A DNA stretch of 64,000 bases, taken from Chloropicon primus. Its lineage: Eukaryota. The notes under the pieces were generated by a model. The model made no database searches. It saw only the letters and a list, made by a program, of their open reading frames with translations, and was not told where the DNA came from. Each line of letters starts with the position of its first letter. Position 1 is the stretch's first letter. The stretch lies in the NCBI GenBank assembly GCA_023205875.1, contig CP060760.1, positions 62,001 to 126,000 of the forward strand, read 5' to 3'. Shown here piece by piece: positions 61,686 through 64,000 of the stretch. The translations under genes and the position numbers were made by a program.

Positions 61686-61965
61686 TTGAATCATACAACA
61701 AACTTCAAATCAAGTGCATCATCAATGTCCTCCTGGCAAACCAACACATCCCCTTCACCTCTTCTCCTCCCAACTCCCAACTTCTGTGGAAGCTCTCAAG
61801 GCCTCTCCGAGCAGCAGCAGCAGCAGCAGAAGGGAGATCCTGCTGCCAGCCATTCCGTTGCCCAAGTCCCTCACCACCACATCATCATCCATCCCCCTCC
61901 CTCCTCTCCTCCCCATGTCATCTCGAGGCAGCAGCAGAAGGGAGAATCCGTCGGCGGCAGGTATC

Positions 61966-62649
61966 ATGGCTCGATCCAAGAGGAGCAAGGTGAAGGAGGA
62001 GGACATGGAGGTGGACGAGGGGGAAGTGTTGGGGGCGTCGGGGTCTCGGGCTACCAGGGCACGCCGGGGAGGAGTCCTGGACAGCGACGACGACGGGGAG
62101 GACGACAAGAAGGGTGTCGCGAAGAAGGAGAAGCCGCTGACAGCCAGGCAGAGGGCGAAGATCAAGTCGGACCAAGAGGAGGAGGAGAGGAAGAGGAAGA
62201 AGGAGGAGGAGGCGACCCTTCGGCGGGACAAGGAGGAGAGGGGTGCGAGACCCCTCACTCAGTCTCTCGACCACCAAGGCGGCAAATACAGCCCCATGTT
62301 CCTCAAATTTGACGAAACGGACGAAACGGCAGACGAGGGACTGACGGGCGTGGTAGACGTGGATGGCAAGGACCTGGTCGAGAAGGGAGGCGGCTTCGTG
62401 CTCTTCCAATTTCCCACAATTCTTCCCCCAAGGATGAAGCAGGGGTCGGGGAAGGTCGGGAAGCTGAGGGTGTACGACGACGGCTCGGCTGAGCTGGACG
62501 TGGGTGGTGTGACTCTGGAGGTCTTCCCTGGCACGCTGAGCGACTGCTTTCACCAGGTGGCGATGATGTCAACCAAGGAGGACAAGTGCGTGTTCCTTGG
62601 GAACGTCACGAACAAGCAAGTTTGCACGCCCAAGCTGGACGATGTCTAA
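61966..62649 (+). CDS. RPC4: RNA polymerase III subunit RPC4 (POLR3D/RPC53)
   Basis: FVLFQFPTILP...GKVGKLRVYDDGSAELDVGGV...LGNVTNKQVCTP. Confidence 0.85.
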   Translation: MARSKRSKVKEEDMEVDEGEVLGASGSRATRARRGGVLDSDDDGEDDKKGVAKKEKPLTARQRAKIKSDQEEEERKRKKEEEATLRRDKEERGARPLTQSLDHQGGKYSPMFLKFDETDETADEGLTGVVDVDGKDLVEKGGGFVLFQFPTILPPRMKQGSGKVGKLRVYDDGSAELDVGGVTLEVFPGTLSDCFHQVAMMSTKEDKCVFLGNVTNKQVCTPKLDDV

Positions 62650-62718
62650 AAAGAACAAGTTTTGTGTGAAGTTTTAGCCACCACGCCCTCCTGGTCGTTG
62701 GGGTCGCTTTATTTATTT

Positions 62719-64000
62719 TTAGAATACACTGCCTTCGCTGGACAAGCCCGGGATGGAAAGGTTGCTCCCCTCCCCCGAGAAGGAGGCTACGGACATCTCT
62801 TCGCTCTGGCCAGCCCCCAGCGATGGCCCAGAGTTTTCTTCCTCGCCGTAACCATCACCGTCGTCCTCGTTGAAGCCCCTGATGTCCTCGAGCTCGCTGT
62901 AGTTGATATCACTGAGGTCAGAGGGCTCTCCTATCGGGGGCCCGAGTGGAGACCCTTCCGGAGCCTCTGTGGGAAGCACCCCCATCACCCCAGGCTCCCC
63001 TGCCACGCCGAAAGATCCGCCGCTTCCGTCTCTGGGGGAGAGGGAGCCATCGGAGGAGTGGATGTCGCTGTCGACCTCCTCGGCATCCTCGCTCATGTCT
63101 TCCGACGACGATTCCTCCTTTGCCGCCTGCGTCAGGATCTGGGATACGGTCAACGGAGCCGCGGGCTCTTCCCTCCTGGAAGAAGACTTGCCTCCACCAC
63201 CTTCCCTGGCTTGAGGGGACGTGTACGGGGCGACGTGGGGGCTGGGGAAGTTCTCGGAGGGGCTCTCCAGCACTCGTGGAGGCGATGAAACAATTCCCTT
63301 CCCAATCGGTTCCTCCTCTGCTTTCCCTTTGTGAGGAGTACCAGCCTTGATGTCTTCGACAGGGTCTTCCTTGGAGACTACTGGCTCGACCGGCGTACGC
63401 GTCACGGCGGCCTCCTCCTCGCCCCCGGGCACACTCTTGGCTTCAGGGGTCTTCTGCTTCTGCTTCCGAGGCGTTGTCTTGGAGGCCTTGGGCTGTGGAC
63501 TCTTCTTCGGGCTCCAGCTCGGGGAGTAACGTTCCTCCTCCCCCGGCTTCTCACGGGAAGTCAGTCCAGGGCTGTAAGGCTTTGCCGCTGGGTTCAAGGG
63601 CGAGGAGGAAGTCGATCCCCCCTTTGCCTCCTTCTTCTCCTTGGGTGACACCGATTTGGGTAGTACGGCTTCCTTCACAGTTTGCGGGGATTTAGCCCTG
63701 CTTGCCGCTCTGGTCGACGGTGATCCTGCTCGCTTCACGGGTGTTGTGGATGACGAGGCCGCCCCCGTCTCGATACTCACTGCCTCAGAATCTTTGGGTT
63801 TGGGGCTGCTCCTCGCTGCAATAGGCGACTGAGTCTTTCGCTGCCCTTGATCCTCCTCTGCTACCTGCGTTGCTTGGCCCTTTGGGGACGGTTTCGCCCA
63901 TTTAGGCGACGATGATTTCTTGCTGCTGCTTTTCGGGGATGCCCCTGGACTTGCCACACCCTTCGAAGGGATTGGCGATGAGACCTCCTTGCGCTTTCCT
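62719..64000 (-). CDS. 3' part of a low-complexity Ser/Pro/Lys/Glu-rich protein (starts beyond the window end)
   Basis: The frame is open from 64000 to the stop at 62719. Many SP/SPK motifs and an acidic C-terminus; no folded domain recognised. Confidence 0.7.
   Translation of the reverse strand, partial: GKRKEVSSPIPSKGVASPGASPKSSSKKSSSPKWAKPSPKGQATQVAEEDQGQRKTQSPIAARSSPKPKDSEAVSIETGAASSSTTPVKRAGSPSTRAASRAKSPQTVKEAVLPKSVSPKEKKEAKGGSTSSSPLNPAAKPYSPGLTSREKPGEEERYSPSWSPKKSPQPKASKTTPRKQKQKTPEAKSVPGGEEEAAVTRTPVEPVVSKEDPVEDIKAGTPHKGKAEEEPIGKGIVSSPPRVLESPSENFPSPHVAPYTSPQAREGGGGKSSSRREEPAAPLTVSQILTQAAKEESSSEDMSEDAEEVDSDIHSSDGSLSPRDGSGGSFGVAGEPGVMGVLPTEAPEGSPLGPPIGEPSDLSDINYSELEDIRGFNEDDGDGYGEEENSGPSLGAGQSEEMSVASFSGEGSNLSIPGLSSEGSVF

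Noticed and set aside
63565..63610. PAM2-like motif SPLNPAAKPYSP in the partial last gene
   Set aside because: It lacks the key EF residues, and a similar LNPAAK occurs in the auxilin gene. The match is too weak to call.

Overview
Gene-dense, GC-rich eukaryotic nuclear DNA with about 31 protein-coding genes in 64 kb. The few introns are short GT-AG introns with a conserved CTGAC branch point, and TGTAA poly(A) signals follow many genes. Nucleus-encoded plastid proteins (ClpR1, Toc159, uL1c, HemE, PGM48) and the plant-type sterol enzyme CPI1 identify a compact-genome green alga. It looks prasinophyte-like, and Chloropicon is plausible, but that is inference. No tRNA, rRNA, CRISPR or intact transposon was seen. 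Highlights: (1) a coiled-coil protein with N- and C-terminal signatures of the land-plant synaptonemal-complex protein ZYP1; (2) an intronless ~4,500-aa dynein heavy chain whose AAA1 and AAA3 P-loops are degenerate; (3) a URT1-type uridylyltransferase with Asn where the uracil-selecting His is expected; (4) a tandem-domain IsdG-type heme oxygenase; (5) a structured C/D-box-like RNA in the rpl1 intron; (6) two bacterial-type genes; (7) several spliced or small genes not evident from the ORF track (Kish, MED31, BCL7-like). All family assignments come from motif recognition from memory, not from database searches.
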